NCBI RefSeq assembly: GCF_006345805.1
Contig: NC_043006.1
Location: 248,001 to 312,000 of the forward strand
DNA length: 64,000 nucleotides
Direction: 5' to 3'
From: Octopus sinensis
Taxonomy: Eukaryota
The position numbers were made by a program, and so were the translations under genes. Below, in pieces: positions 1-12,300 of the stretch (the first letter of the stretch is position 1; each line of letters starts with the position of its first letter). The notes beneath the pieces were generated by a model. That model did no database searches. It worked only from the letters and a program-made list of their open reading frames with translations, and was not told where the DNA came from.

Positions 1-3000
1 GGCACAGGAGCCAGTCAGGCAGTATTGGCACTGATCACGCTTGAATGGTGCTTTTTACGTGCCACTGGCACAGGAGCCAGTCAGGCAGTATTGGCACTGA
101 TCACGCTTGAATGTTGCTTTTTATGTGCCACCTGCACAGGGCCAGTCAGGCAGTATTGGCACTGATCACGCTTGAATGGTGCTTTTTACGTGCCACTGGC
201 ACAGGAGCCAGTCAGGCAGTATTGGCACTGATCACGCTTGAATGGTGCTTTTTACGTGCCACTGGCACAGGAGCCAGTCAGGCAGTATTGGCACTGATCA
301 CGCTTGAATGGTGCTTTTTACGTGCCACTGGCACAGGAGCCAGTCAGGCAGTATTGGCACTGATCACGCTTGAATGGTGCTTTTTACGTGCCACTGGCAC
401 AGGAGCCAGTCAGGCAGTATTGGCACTGATCACGCTTGAATGGTGCTTTTTATGTGCCACTGGCACAGGAGCCAGTCAGGCAGTATTGGCACTGATCACG
501 CTTGAATGGTGCTTTTTATGTGCCACTGGCACAGGAGCCAGTCAGGCAGTATTGGCACTGATCACGCTTGAATGGTGCTTTTTATGTGCCACTGGCACAG
601 GAGCCAGTCAGGCAGTATTGGCACTGATCACGCTTGAATGGTGCTTTTTATGTGCCACTGGCACAGGAGCCAGTCAGGCAGTATTGGCACTGATCACGCT
701 TGAATGGTGCTTTTTACGTGCCACTGGCACAGGAGCCAGTCAGGCAGTATTGGCACTGATCACGCTTGAATGGTGCTTTTTATGTGCCACTGGCACAGGA
801 GCCAGTCAGGCAGTATTGGCACTGATCACGCTTGAATGGTGCTTTTTACGTGCCACTGGCACAGGAGCCAGTCAGGCAGTATTGGCACTGATCACGCTTG
901 AATGGTGCTTTTTATGTGCCACTGGCACAGGAGCCAGTCAGGCAGTATTGGCACTGATCACGCTTGAATGGTGCTTTTTACGTGCCACTGGCACAGGGGC
1001 CAGTCCAGCGGCACTGGCAATGACCATGCTTGAATGGTGCTTTTTATGTGCCACTGGCACAGGAGCCAGTCAGGCAGTATTGGCACTGATCACGCTTGAA
1101 TGGTGCTTTTTACGTGCCACTGGCACAGGAGCCAGTCAGGCAGTATTGGCACTGATCACGCTTGAATGGTGCTTTTTATGTGCCACTGGCACAGGAGCCA
1201 GTCAGGCAGTATTGGCACTGATCACGCTTGAATGGTGCTTTTTACGTGCCACTGGCACAGGAGCCAGTCAGGCAGTATTGGCACTGATCACGCTTGAATG
1301 GTGCTTTTTATGTGCCACTGGCACAGGAGCCAGTCAGGCAGGCAGTATTGGCACTGATCACGCTTGAATGGTGCTTTTTACGTGCCACTGGCACAGGAGC
1401 CAGTCAGGCAGTATTGGCACTGATCACGCTTGAATGGTGCTTTTTATGTGCCACTGGCACAGGAGCCAGTCAGGCAGTATTGGCACTGATCACGCTTGAA
1501 TGGTGCTTTTACGTGCCACTGGCACAGGAGCCAGTCAGGCAGTATTGGCACTGATCACGCTTGAATGGTGCTTTTTACGTGCCACTGGCACAGGAGCCAG
1601 TCAGGCAGTATTGGCACTGATCACGCTTGAATGGTGCTTTTTATGTGCCACTGGCACAGGAGCCAGTCAGGCAGTATTGGCACTGATCACGCTTGAATGG
1701 TGCTTTTTATGTGCCACTGGCACAGGAGCCAGTCAGGCAGTATTGGCACTGATCACGCTTGAATGGTGCTTTTTACGTGCCACTGGCACAGGAGCCAGTC
1801 AGGCAGTATTGGCACTGATCACGCTTGAATGGTGCTTTTTACGTGCCACTGGCACAGGAGCCAGTCAGGCAGTATTGGCACTGATCACGCTTGAATGGTG
1901 CTTTTTACGTGCCACTGGCACAGGAGCCAGTCCAGCGGGACTGGCAATGACCACGCTTGAATGGTGCTTTTTACGTGCCACTGGCACAGGAGCCAGTCAG
2001 GCAGTATTGGCACTGATCACACTTGAATGGTGCTTTTTACGTGCCACTGGCACAGGAGCCAGTCAGGCAGTATTGGCACTGATCACGCTTGAATGGTGCT
2101 TTTTACGTGCCACTGGCACAGGAGCCAGTCAGGCAGTATTGGCACTGATCACGCTTGAATGGTGCTTTTTACGTGCCACTGGCACAGGAGCCAGTCAGGC
2201 AGTATTGGCACTGATCACGCTTGAATGGTGCTTTTTACGTGCCACTGGCACAGGAGCCAGTCAGGCAGTATTGGCACTGATCACGCTTGAATGGTGCTTT
2301 TTACGTGCCACTGGCACAGGAGCCAGTCAGGCAGTATTGGCACTGATCACGCTTGAATGGTGCTTTTTACGTCCACTGGCACAGGAGCCAGTCAGGCAGT
2401 ATTGGCACTGATCACGCTTGAATGGTGCTTTTTACGTGCCACTGGCACAGGAGCCAGTCAGGCAGTATTGGCACTGATCACGCTTGAATGGTGCTTTTTA
2501 CGTGCCACTGGCACAGGAGCCAGTCAGGCAGTATTGGCACTGATCACGCTTGAATGGTGCTTTTTACGTGCCACTGGCACAGGAGCCAGTCAGGCAGTAT
2601 TGGCACTGATCACGCTTGAATGGTGCTTTTTACGTGCCACTGGCACAGGAGCCAGTCAGGCAGTATTGGCACTGATCACGCTTGAATGGTGCTTTTACGT
2701 GCCACTGGCACAGGAGCCAGTCAGGCAGTATTGGCACTGATCACGCTTGAATGGTGCTTTTTACGTGCCACTGGCACAGGAGCCAGTCAGGCAGTATTGG
2801 CACTGATCACGCTTGAATGGTGCTTTTACGTGCCACTGGCACAGGAGCCAGTCAGGCAGTATTGGCACTGATCACGCTTGAATGGTGCTTTTACGTGCCA
2901 CTGGCACAGGAGCCAGTCAGGCAGTATTGGCACTGATCACGCTTGAATGGTGCTTTTTACGTGCCACTGGCACAGGAGCCAGTCAGGCAGTATTGGCACT

Positions 3001-6000
3001 GATCACGCTTGAATGGTGCTTTTTACGTGCCACTGGCACAGGAGCCAGTCAGGCAGTATTGGCACTGATCACGCTTGAATGGTGCTTTTTACGTGCCACT
3101 GGCACAGGAGCCAGTCAGGCAGTATTGGCACTGATCACGCTTGAATGGTGCTTTTTACGTGCCACTGGCACAGGAGCCAGTCAGGCAGTATTGGCACTGA
3201 TCACGCTTGAATGGTGCTTTTTACGTGCCACTGGCACAGGAGCCAGTCAGGCAGTATTGGCACTGATCACGCTTGAATGGTGCTTTTTATGTGCCACTGG
3301 CACAGGAGCCAGTCAGGCAGTATTGGCACTGATCACGCTTGAATGGTGCTTTTTACGTGCCACTGGCACAGGAGCCAGTCAGGCAGTATTGGCACTGATC
3401 ACGCTTGAATGGTGCTTTTTACGTGCCACTGGCACAGGAGCCAGTCAGGCAGTATTGGCACTGATCACGCTTGAATGGTGCTTTTTACGTGCCACTGGCA
3501 CAGGAGCCAGTCAGGCAGTATTGGCACTGATCACGCTTGAATGGTGCTTTTTACGTGCCACTGGCACAGGAGCCAGTCAGGCAGTATTGGCACTGATCAC
3601 GCTTGAATGGTGCTTTTTACGTGCCACTGGCACAGGAGCCAGTCAGGCAGTATTGGCACTGATCACGCTTGAATGGTGCTTTTTACGTGCCACTGGCACA
3701 GGAGCCAGTCAGGCAGTATTGGCACTGATCACGCTTGAATGGTGCTTTTTACGTGCCACTGGCACAGGAGCCAGTCAGGCAGTATTGGCACTGATCACGC
3801 TTGAATGGTGCTTTTTACGTGCCACTGGCACAGGAGCCAGTCAGGCAGTATTGGCACTGATCACGCTTGAATGGTGCTTTTTACGTGCCACTGGCACAGG
3901 AGCCAGTCCAGCGGCACTGGCAATGACCATGCTTGAATGGTGCTTTTTACGTGCCACTGGCACAGGAGCCAGTCAGGCAGTATTGGCACTGATCACGCTT
4001 GAATGGTGCTTTTTACGTGCCACTGGCACAGGAGCCAGTCCAGCGGCACTGGCAATGACCATGCTTGAATGGTGCTTTTTATGTGCCACCTGCACAGGGG
4101 CCAGTCAGGCAGTATTGGCACTGATCACGCTTGAATGGTGCTTTTTACGTGCCACTGGCACAGGAGCCAGTCAGGCAGTATTGGCACTGATCACGCTTGA
4201 ATGGTGCTTTTTACGTGCCACTGGCACAGGAGCCAGTCCAGCGGCACTGGCAATGACCATGCTTGAATGGTGCTTTTTACGTGCCACTGGCACAGGAGCC
4301 AGTCAGGCAGTATTGGCACTGATCACGCTTGAATGGTGCTTTTTACGTGCCACTGGCACAGGAGCCAGTCAGGCAGTATTGGCACTGATCACGCTTGAAT
4401 GGTGCTTTTTACGTGCCACTGGCACAGGAGCCAGTCAGGCAGTATTGGCACTGATCACGCTTGAATGGTGCTTTTTACGTGCCACTGGCAGAGGAGCCAG
4501 TCAGGCAGTATTGGCACTGATCACGCTTGAATGGTGTTGCTTTTTATGGCCACCTGCACAGGAGCCAGTCAGGCAGTATTGGCACTGATCACGCTTGAAT
4601 GGTGCTTTTTACGTGCCACTGGCACAGGAGCCAGTCAGGCAGTATTGGCACTGATCACGCTTGAATGGTGCTTTTTACGTGCCACTGGCACAGGAGCCAG
4701 TCAGGCAGTATTGGCACTGATCACGCTTGAATGGTGCTTTTTACGTGCCACTGGCACAGGAGCCAGTCAGGCAGTATGGCACTGATCACGCTTGAATGGT
4801 GCTTTTTACGTGCCACTGGCACAGGAGCCAGTCAGGCAGTATTGGCACTGATCACGCTTGAATGGTGCTTTTTACGTGCCACTGGCACAGGAGCCAGTCC
4901 AGCGGCACTGGCAATGACCATGCTTGAATGGTGCTTTTTACGTGCCACTGGCACAGGAGCCAGTCAGGCAGTATTGGCACTGATCACGCTTGAATGGCTT
5001 TTTACGTACCACTGGCACAGGAGCCAGTCAGGCAGTATTGGCACTGATCACGCTTGAATGGTGCTTTTTATGTGCCACTGACACAGGAGCCAGTCAGGCA
5101 GTATTGGCACTGATCACGCTTGAATGGTGCTTTTTACGTGCCACTGGCACAGGGGCCAGTCCAGCGGCACTGGCAATGACCATGCTTGAATGGTGCTTTT
5201 TATGTGCCACCTGCACAGGAGCCAGTCAGGCAGTATTGGCACTGATCACGCTTGAATGGTGCTTTTTACGTGCCACTGGCACAGGAGCCAGTCAGGCAGT
5301 ATTGGCACTGATCACGCGTGAATGGTGCTTTTACGTGCCACTGGCACAGGAGCCAGTCAGGCAGTATGCATTGGCATGATCACGCTTGAATGGTGCTTTT
5401 ACGTGCCACTGGCACAGGAGCCAGTCAGGCAGTATTGGCACTGATCACGCTTGAATGGTGCTTTTTACGTGCCACTGGCACAGGAGCCAGTCAGGCAGTA
5501 TTGGCACTGATCACGCTTGAATGGTGTTTTTACGTGCCACTGGCACAGGAGCCAGTCAGGCAGTATTGGCACTGATCACGCTTGAATGGTGCTTTTTACG
5601 TGCCACTGGCACAGGAGCCAGTCAGGCAGTATTGGCACTGATCACGCTTGAATGGTGCTTTTTACGTGCCACTGGCACAGGAGCCAGTCAGGCAGTATTG
5701 GCACTGATCACGCTTGAATGGTGCTTTTTATGTGCCACTGGCACAGGAGCCAGTCAGGCAGTATTGGCACTGATCACGCTTGAATGGTGCTTTTTACGTG
5801 CCACTGGCACAGGAGCCAGTCAGGCAGTATTGGCACTGATCACGCTTGAATGGTGCTTTTTACGTGCCACTGGCACAGGAGCCAGTCAGGCAGTATTGGC
5901 ACTGATCACGCTTGAATGGTGCTTTTTACGTGCCACTGGCACAGGAGCCAGTCAGGCAGTATTGGCACTGATCACGCTTGAATGGTGCTTTTTATGTGCC

Positions 6001-7999
6001 ACTGGCACAGGAGCCAGTCAGGCAGTATTGGCACTGATCACGCTTGAATGGTGCTTTTACGTGCCACTGGCACAGAAGCCAGTCAGGCAGTATTGGCACT
6101 GATCACGCTTGAATGGTGCTTTTTACGTGCCACTGGCACAGGAGCCAGTCAGGCAGTATTGGCACTGATCACGCTTGAATGGTGCTTTTTACGTGCCACT
6201 GGCACAGGAGCCAGTCCAGCGGCACTGGCAATGACCATGCTTGAATGGTGCTTTTTACGTGCCACTGGCACAGGAGCCAGTCAGGCAGTATTGGCACTGA
6301 TCACGCTTGAATGGTGCTTTTTACATGCCACTGGCACAGGAGCCAGTCAGGCAGTATTGGCACTGATCACGCTTGAATGGTGCTTTTTACGTGCCACTGG
6401 CACAGGAGCCAGTCAGGCAGTATTGGCACTGATCACGCTTGAATGGTGCTTTTTACGTGCCACTGGCACAGGAGCTAGTCAGGCAGTATTGGCACTGATC
6501 ACGCTTGAATGGTGCTTTTTATGTGCCACTGGCACAGGAGCCAGTCAGGCAGTATTGGCACTGATCACGCTTGAATGGTGCTTTTTACGTGCCACTGGCA
6601 CAGGAGCCAGTCAGGCAGTATTGGCACTGATCACGCTTGAATGGTGCTTTTTATGTGCCACCTGCACAGGGGCCAGTCAGGCAGTATTGGCACTGATCAC
6701 GCTTGAATGGTGCTTTTTACGTGCCACTGGCACAGGAGCCAGTCAGGCAGTATTGGCACTGATCACGCTTGAATGGTGCTTTTTATGTGCCACTGGCACA
6801 GGAGCCAGTCAGGCAGTATTGGCACTGATCACGCTTGAATGGTGCTTTTTACGTGCCACTGGCACAGGAGCCAGTCAGGCAGTATTGGCACTGATCACGC
6901 TTGAATGGTGCTTTTTATGTGCCACCTGCACAGGGGCCAGTCAGGCAGTATTGGCACTGATCACGCTTGAATGGTGCTTTTTACGTGCCACTGGCACAGG
7001 AGCCAGTCAGGCAGTATTGGCACTGATCACGCTTGAATGGTGCTTTTTACGTGCCACTGGCACAGGAGCCAGTCAGGCAGTATTGGCACTGATCACGCTT
7101 GAATGGTGCTTTTTACGTGCCACTGGCACAGGAGCCAGTCAGGCAGTATTGGCACTGATCACGCTTGAATGGTGTTTTTACGTGCCACTGGCACAGGAGC
7201 CAGTCAGGTAGTATTGGCACTGATCACGCTTGAATGGTGCTTTTTATGTGCCACTGGCACAGGAGCCAGTCAGGCAGTATTGGCACTGATCACGCTTGAA
7301 TGGTGCTTTTTACGTGCCACTGGCACAGGAGCCAGTCAGGCAGTATTGGCACTGATCACGCTTGAATGGTGCTTTTTACGTGCCACTGGCACAGGAGCCA
7401 GTCAGGCAGTATTGGCACTGATCACGCTTGAATGGTGCTTTTTACGTGCCACTGGCACAGGAGCCAGTCAGGCAGTATTGGCACTGATCACGCTTGAATG
7501 GTGCTTTTTATGTGCCACTGGCACAGGAGCCAGTCAGGCAGTATTGGCACTGATCACGCTTGAATGGTGCTTTTTACGTGCCACTGGCACAGGAGCCAGT
7601 CAGGCAGTATTGGCACTGATCACGCTTGAATGGTGCTTTTTACGTGCCACTGGCACAGGAGCCAGTCAGGCAGTATTGGCACTGATCACGCTTGAATGGT
7701 GCTTTTTATGTGCCACTGGCACAGGAGCCAGTCAGGCAGTATTGGCACTGATCACGCTTGAATGGTGCTTTTTACGTGCCACTGGCACAGGAGCCAGTCA
7801 GGCAGTATTGGCACTGATCACGCTTGAATGGTGCTTTTTACGTGCCACTGGCACAGGAGCCAGTCAGGCAGTATTGGCACTGATCACGCTTGAATGGTGC
7901 TTTTTACGTGCCACTGGCACAGGAGCCAGTCAGGCAGTATTGGCACTGATCACGCTTGAATGGTGCTTTTTATGTGCCACTGGCACAGAAGCCAGTCAG
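1..7999. repeat. Tandem satellite array, 66-bp unit (GGCACAGGAGCCAGTCAGGCAGTATTGGCACTGATCACGCTTGAATGGTGCTTTTTACGTGCCACT), about 120 copies, running off the left edge
   Basis: Unit read directly. Near-identical copies with occasional variant units and T5/T4 indels. The unit matches the tandem module in RTE 3' tails elsewhere in the window. Confidence 0.98.
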
Positions 8000-8305
8000 C
8001 AGCCCTGGCAACGATCACACTCATATGGTGCTTTTAACGTTCCACTGGCACGGATGCCAATCAGACGGTACTGTTATCGACCACAACAACGAATTCACTT
8101 GCCTCAACAGGCCTTCACAAGTGTAGTTTATTGTCCAATGATTGAAGGGTACTCTTAAATGGGCTGGTTATACAGCACTGGCATAGGCCATGGTTATGGT
8201 CTCATTTGGTTTGCCGGGTCTTCATAAGCACAGCATATCTCCAAAGGTCTCGGTCACTTGTCATTGCCTCGGTGAGGCGCAATGTCCGAAGGTTGTGCTT
8301 CACAT
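8000..8305 (-). mobile_element. Truncated RTE-type LINE 3' segment contiguous with the satellite
   Basis: Diverged repeat units, then CACTTGCCTCAACAGG and TTGCCGGGTCTTC..CACAGCATA..GGTCTCGGTCA..CGAAGGTTGTGCTTCAC, homologous to the ORF2 end and 3' UTR of the RTE copies at 21.3 kb and 51.9 kb. Confidence 0.8.
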
Positions 8306-8661
8306 CAAGAGGAATGAATGTAAAAATACATTATGCAGGATATATTGTAGACAATTCAAAATTACCCACGAATATATCAGTGGCAAGAACATGCAATCAA
8401 AAAATTATTATATGAGAAGAGAGCAATAATTGTAAATAAATCACAATTATAATGGAGAAGGTTAAAAACCCTTACATGCCTTTCTGTTTCCATCTACTAA
8501 ATCTATTCACAAGGCTTTGGCCAGTTCAAGGCTGAGACACTTGCCCAAGGTGCCACACACTGGGACTGAACATGGAACCATGTGGTTGGGAAGCAAGCTT
8601 CTTACCACACAGCCATGCAAGTGCCTATTATAATTTGTATTAAAAACTTAAATATTTCATA

Positions 8662-9093
8662 CTCTTTACACTTTACTCTTTTACTTGTTTCAGTCATTTG
8701 ACTGCGGCCATGATGGAGCACCGCCTTTTAGTCGAGCAAATCGACCCCGGGACTTATTCTTTGTAAGCCCAGTACTTATTCAATCAGTCTCTTTTTGCCG
8801 AACCACTAAGTGACGGGGACGTAAACACAGCAGCATCGGTTGTCAAGCAATGCTAGGGGGACAAACACAGACACACAAACACACACGCGCATACACATAT
8901 ATATATATACATATATATGACAGGCTTCTTTCAGTTTCCGTCTACCAAATCCACTCACAAGGCATTGGTCGGCCCAAGGCTATAGCAGAAGACACTTGCA
9001 GAAGACACTGGCACAAGGTGCCATGCAGTGGGACTGAACCCGGAACCATGTGGTTGGTTAGCAAGCTACTTACCACACAGCCACTCCTACGCC
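8662..9093 (-). mobile_element. tRNA-derived SINE (family A, with internal TA/CA microsatellite); a further partial copy at ~8478-8625
   Basis: Reverse complement of the copy at 18335-18752, with A-box/B-box-like head. Confidence 0.85.
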
Positions 9094-9224
9094 TGTATTG
9101 TACAATACGCATGTATTGTAAAAGTATAAACAATTTATTTAATTTTAATAAGAAAATCTCATATGGACCCCCAACGGCCACATGGACCCCGGTTGAAAAC
9201 CCCTGCTTTAGAGAACCTGTTTAC

Positions 9225-9315
9225 CTGTCATTCCTGATTCTTCTATGTCTTTTTTAGTTTCAACTATTATTTCTGGCAGGTGGGAAATTGGTACACACAC
9301 ATCTGTACTATAGGC
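9225..9315 (-). CDS. LDHD: LDHD coding exon 10 ([31 protein letters not shown])
   Basis: TTTCAG acceptor and GTAAAC donor; 91 nt, phase 0 to 1; matches the [17 protein letters not shown] region of vertebrate LDHD. Confidence 0.93.
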
Positions 9316-9494
9316 CTGAAAGAAAGAGAAAACAATGTAGAATGGCAAATTACAACAGCGCTACATTATTCTTTTACTTGTTTCAGTCATTTGATTGCAG
9401 CCATGCTGGAGCACCGACATGCTAATATTACTATATTATCCTATATTACTATATTACACGACAATGTATCCTAGAATTATAAAAACTAAAGTTG

Positions 9495-10374
9495 CTATTT
9501 TTATTCTTTTACTTGTTTGCGTGGCACGGTGTAGAGTCCTGTTGCCAGACACAGGGTCTTCCAGCAGCCACCCTCTTCCCCCAGGGCAGCACTACCTCCT
9601 CCAGGCACTTGATGTAGGCCCCTATGTTGAGCCTGAGTCTGTGTGGGAAGACGAATGGAGGCATAATGCCCTCATTGCTAGTGATCACTCCAAACACTAT
9701 GATGTTGACTGGGTTTAATTTTTATCACTCTCAGGACATGTTTTGGGGACACGGCAAGCCAACAGTTGTTCTGTGTGTTCCCCATCTGATCCTGGCAGAA
9801 ATTTTTCTTGTCTGAGAAAAACCAAAGCATATTTGGTTGCAGGGAATGCTTCAGTTTGTTCAAAACCTTTTGCAGTGTGGTCTTTCCTCGTTTTTGATGG
9901 CATGGGATTAAAATTGGCCCTTTCTTATCATGTATGAGAAATACCGAATGCTTTCATGCATTACCTGCCTGATAAGAAACTCAGTCACTCCCATGTCCCT
10001 GGCTATGGACCTCATTGACTTGGAGGGATCATTGTCAATCATGGCCTGGATCTCACCAACAAATTCAGGAATTCTTTTCTTAGAATGATCAGAGTGAGTT
10101 TACCAAGCTGCCGTACATTCATAATCACCATTAGACTCATCCAACTCTTTCCAAATCTGCACTGTCCTCAGATTGACATATCCAGACACTCTGAAATGTT
10201 CATACTGGAGCTTCCGTGCAAATACCAAGCAGTACAGCATGTCGTTTCCAAGTTTTCTGGCAGATTGAATTGCATCATGGTGCTGTTTTAGTCACAGACA
10301 GTGCCCAACCAACCCTACTATACATGTGCAAAATTAAAAATATAAAATGGTTACAATTTACCCATCACACCCTG
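9495..10374 (-). mobile_element. Degenerate Tc1/mariner (maT, DD37D-like) transposon fragment with one TIR
   Basis: Minus-strand remnants GIMPPFVFPHRLRLNIGAYIKCLEEVVLPW..VWQQDSTPCH. The terminal CAGGGTGTGATGGGTAAATTG plus TA is shared with the copy at 43974-44812. Confidence 0.8.
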
Positions 10375-10432
<58 letters not shown>

Positions 10433-10609
10433 ATGAGGGTGAAAAAGTGTATATTAATTTAATAATATCAGTTTAACACCAATGGTTTAGCGCATAAAAA
10501 ACTGAGATTCAGTAAATATTATTAACACATATATGAGAGGGAATCCACTAAAAGTGAACTCCCTTATGCTAGCCACTAAAAGTTGTTCTCAAGAAAAAAT
10601 TTAGCACAG

Positions 10610-10665
10610 CATGGACGTAAGCGGGCAGGACTATTTTTCATTTGTCCTGCCCGCTTACGTTCATG
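10610..10665. other. Inverted repeat: 22-bp stem (21/22 Watson-Crick) with 12-nt loop
   Basis: CATGGACGTAAGCGGGCAGGAC-TATTTTTCATTT-GTCCTGCCCGCTTACGTTCATG. Confidence 0.9.
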
Positions 10666-10839
10666 GCGTGTCACTTTGATCGCATGCACTGCTCTCTCAC
10701 TCAATGATAATAATAATAATAATAATAATTCATTCTTTTATTAGCCACAAGGGCTCACATAAAACATCGTTAAATGACATGCAACAACATAAAAGACAAA
10801 AACGGGATGATACAGAAGGTTTTACAGCGTGTAAACATC

Positions 10840-11080
10840 ATCATCATCATTATCGTTTAACGTCCGTTTTCCGCGCTAGCACGGGTTGGACGGTTTCGAC
10901 CGGGGTCTGGGGAGCTAGGGACTGCCCCAGGCTCCAGTCTAGTCTGGCAGTGTTTCTACAGCTGGATGCCCTTCCTAACGCCAACCACTCCGCGAGTGTA
11001 GTGGGTGTTTTTTACGTGCCACCTGCACAGGTGCCAGAGGGGTCTGGCATCGGCCACGTTCGGATGGTGCTTTTTTATGT
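10840..11080 (-). mobile_element. RTE-tail element (SINE-like or 5'-truncated RTE 3' end) with (GAT)n tail
   Basis: CATCATCAT..CGTTTAACGTCCGTTTTCC..GCTAGCACGGGTTGGACG..GGATGCCCTTCCTAACGCCAACCACTCC, the same as the RTE 3' ends. Confidence 0.85.
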
Positions 11081-11089
11081 GGGGGGGGG

Positions 11090-12300
11090 TGCAGAAATAT
11101 ATAGGGGAGCACCAGTGGGGAGGGGTGGTTCAGAGAAATGATGACAGGTTCTAGGCAAGTAGAACGTAGGATATCAAGAGAGGGGTAATGCATGGTGAAA
11201 TAGCGTGTTGAAGAGGGGGGTTCGAAGAGTAGACACCTATAATGGTGGTGGGAGAAGCGACATCCGGTATAGATGGAGCAAAAATATAGAGATATCCGGT
11301 ATTGGTGGTGGGGGTGGGCAAGGGCGGGTGCACCGGGAATATGCGAAGGTTGAACTTTAGAGAAACGGGCGGGAATGGCGATGTTTTTAGGGTGGCATAT
11401 AGAAAGAAAAGGAAAGCAAAGCAGATTGGTGGTTATAAGTTCAAAACATTTAAACGGTAGACAAATGTATGTATGTATGAAAAAGAAGGGAGAAAATCTT
11501 CTTAGCTTGCTTATGGACATCGCTTTAAGTCGGAGAAGAAATGATAGTGAATGGTGGAGCACCGGGAATATGCGATGGTTGAACTTTAGAGAAACGGGCG
11601 GGAATGGCGATGTTTTTAGGGTGGCATATAGAAAGAAAAGGAAAGCAAAGCAGATTGGTGGTTATAAGTTCAAAACATTTAAACGGTAGACAAACAATAT
11701 AAATAATTAAAATTGAACAAATTAAAACTCCCAATAGGGGTGGCGCTTTAAGGTCCTTGTGGAAAAACTCACAACAGCCACAGGTGCCTGATCAACAGTG
11801 CACGCTCAGAATTGGTCCTTTCACACTGGCCATTCTTCCAACATTCACCCACCTTTCAACAAACTTGCTACAAGGCAACACTTTCCTCTCCACCCTCAAC
11901 TTCCTTTTCAAGTGAAACTTGAAAAAGTTGATGTGGGCTTGACCAAAGAGGAAAGTGTCTGTCTTTAGCCCTTTCAAATGGGTCCACCGTACTACCTATT
12001 TTGGTACAGCCACTGGACAAATAAAAAATGCCTGCCCCTCCCAGCCAAAAGAGGGCAGCGGGGCAATCTGATAATGGATTCAGCTGATAGCTGGATCCGT
12101 CCTACACGTGACAGCAGGTATTCAACATAAACCTACTGGTCAGCAATACTTGGGCAATAGACTAGGGTGTGCAGAATGGTTTCATCATTCTGGGTGCACC
12201 TCGGGCAGGCCCAGCTGACGGCACTTCCGTGCCTGTAAAGTTTATCTCAAACAGGCAGCGCCCCTTGGTAGCATTGTCAGGCAAAGGGATTTCTGGAAGT
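11090..12300 (-). mobile_element. L1/Tx1-like LINE 3' fragment (ORF2 C-terminus and 3' UTR) with an internal 136-bp duplication
   Basis: Minus-strand CPRCTQNDETILHTLVYCPSI (Cys/His motif) and FFKFHLKRKLRVERKVL..FVERWVNVG resemble Tx1 ORF2 C-termini. Direct repeats at 11330-11465 and 11559-11694. Confidence 0.6.

Noticed and set aside
1-7999. CRISPR-like array
   Set aside because: There are no unique spacers, the units are contiguous and near-identical, the context is eukaryotic, and no cas genes are present.
111-8158. Long + strand ORFs of repeated GTGASQAVLALITLEWCFLRAT
   Set aside because: The 66-bp unit is a multiple of three with one stop-free frame, so ORFs are automatic. They frameshift at every T5/T4 indel, are antisense to LDHD, and the unit derives from a retroelement UTR. 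All three minus frames have stops.
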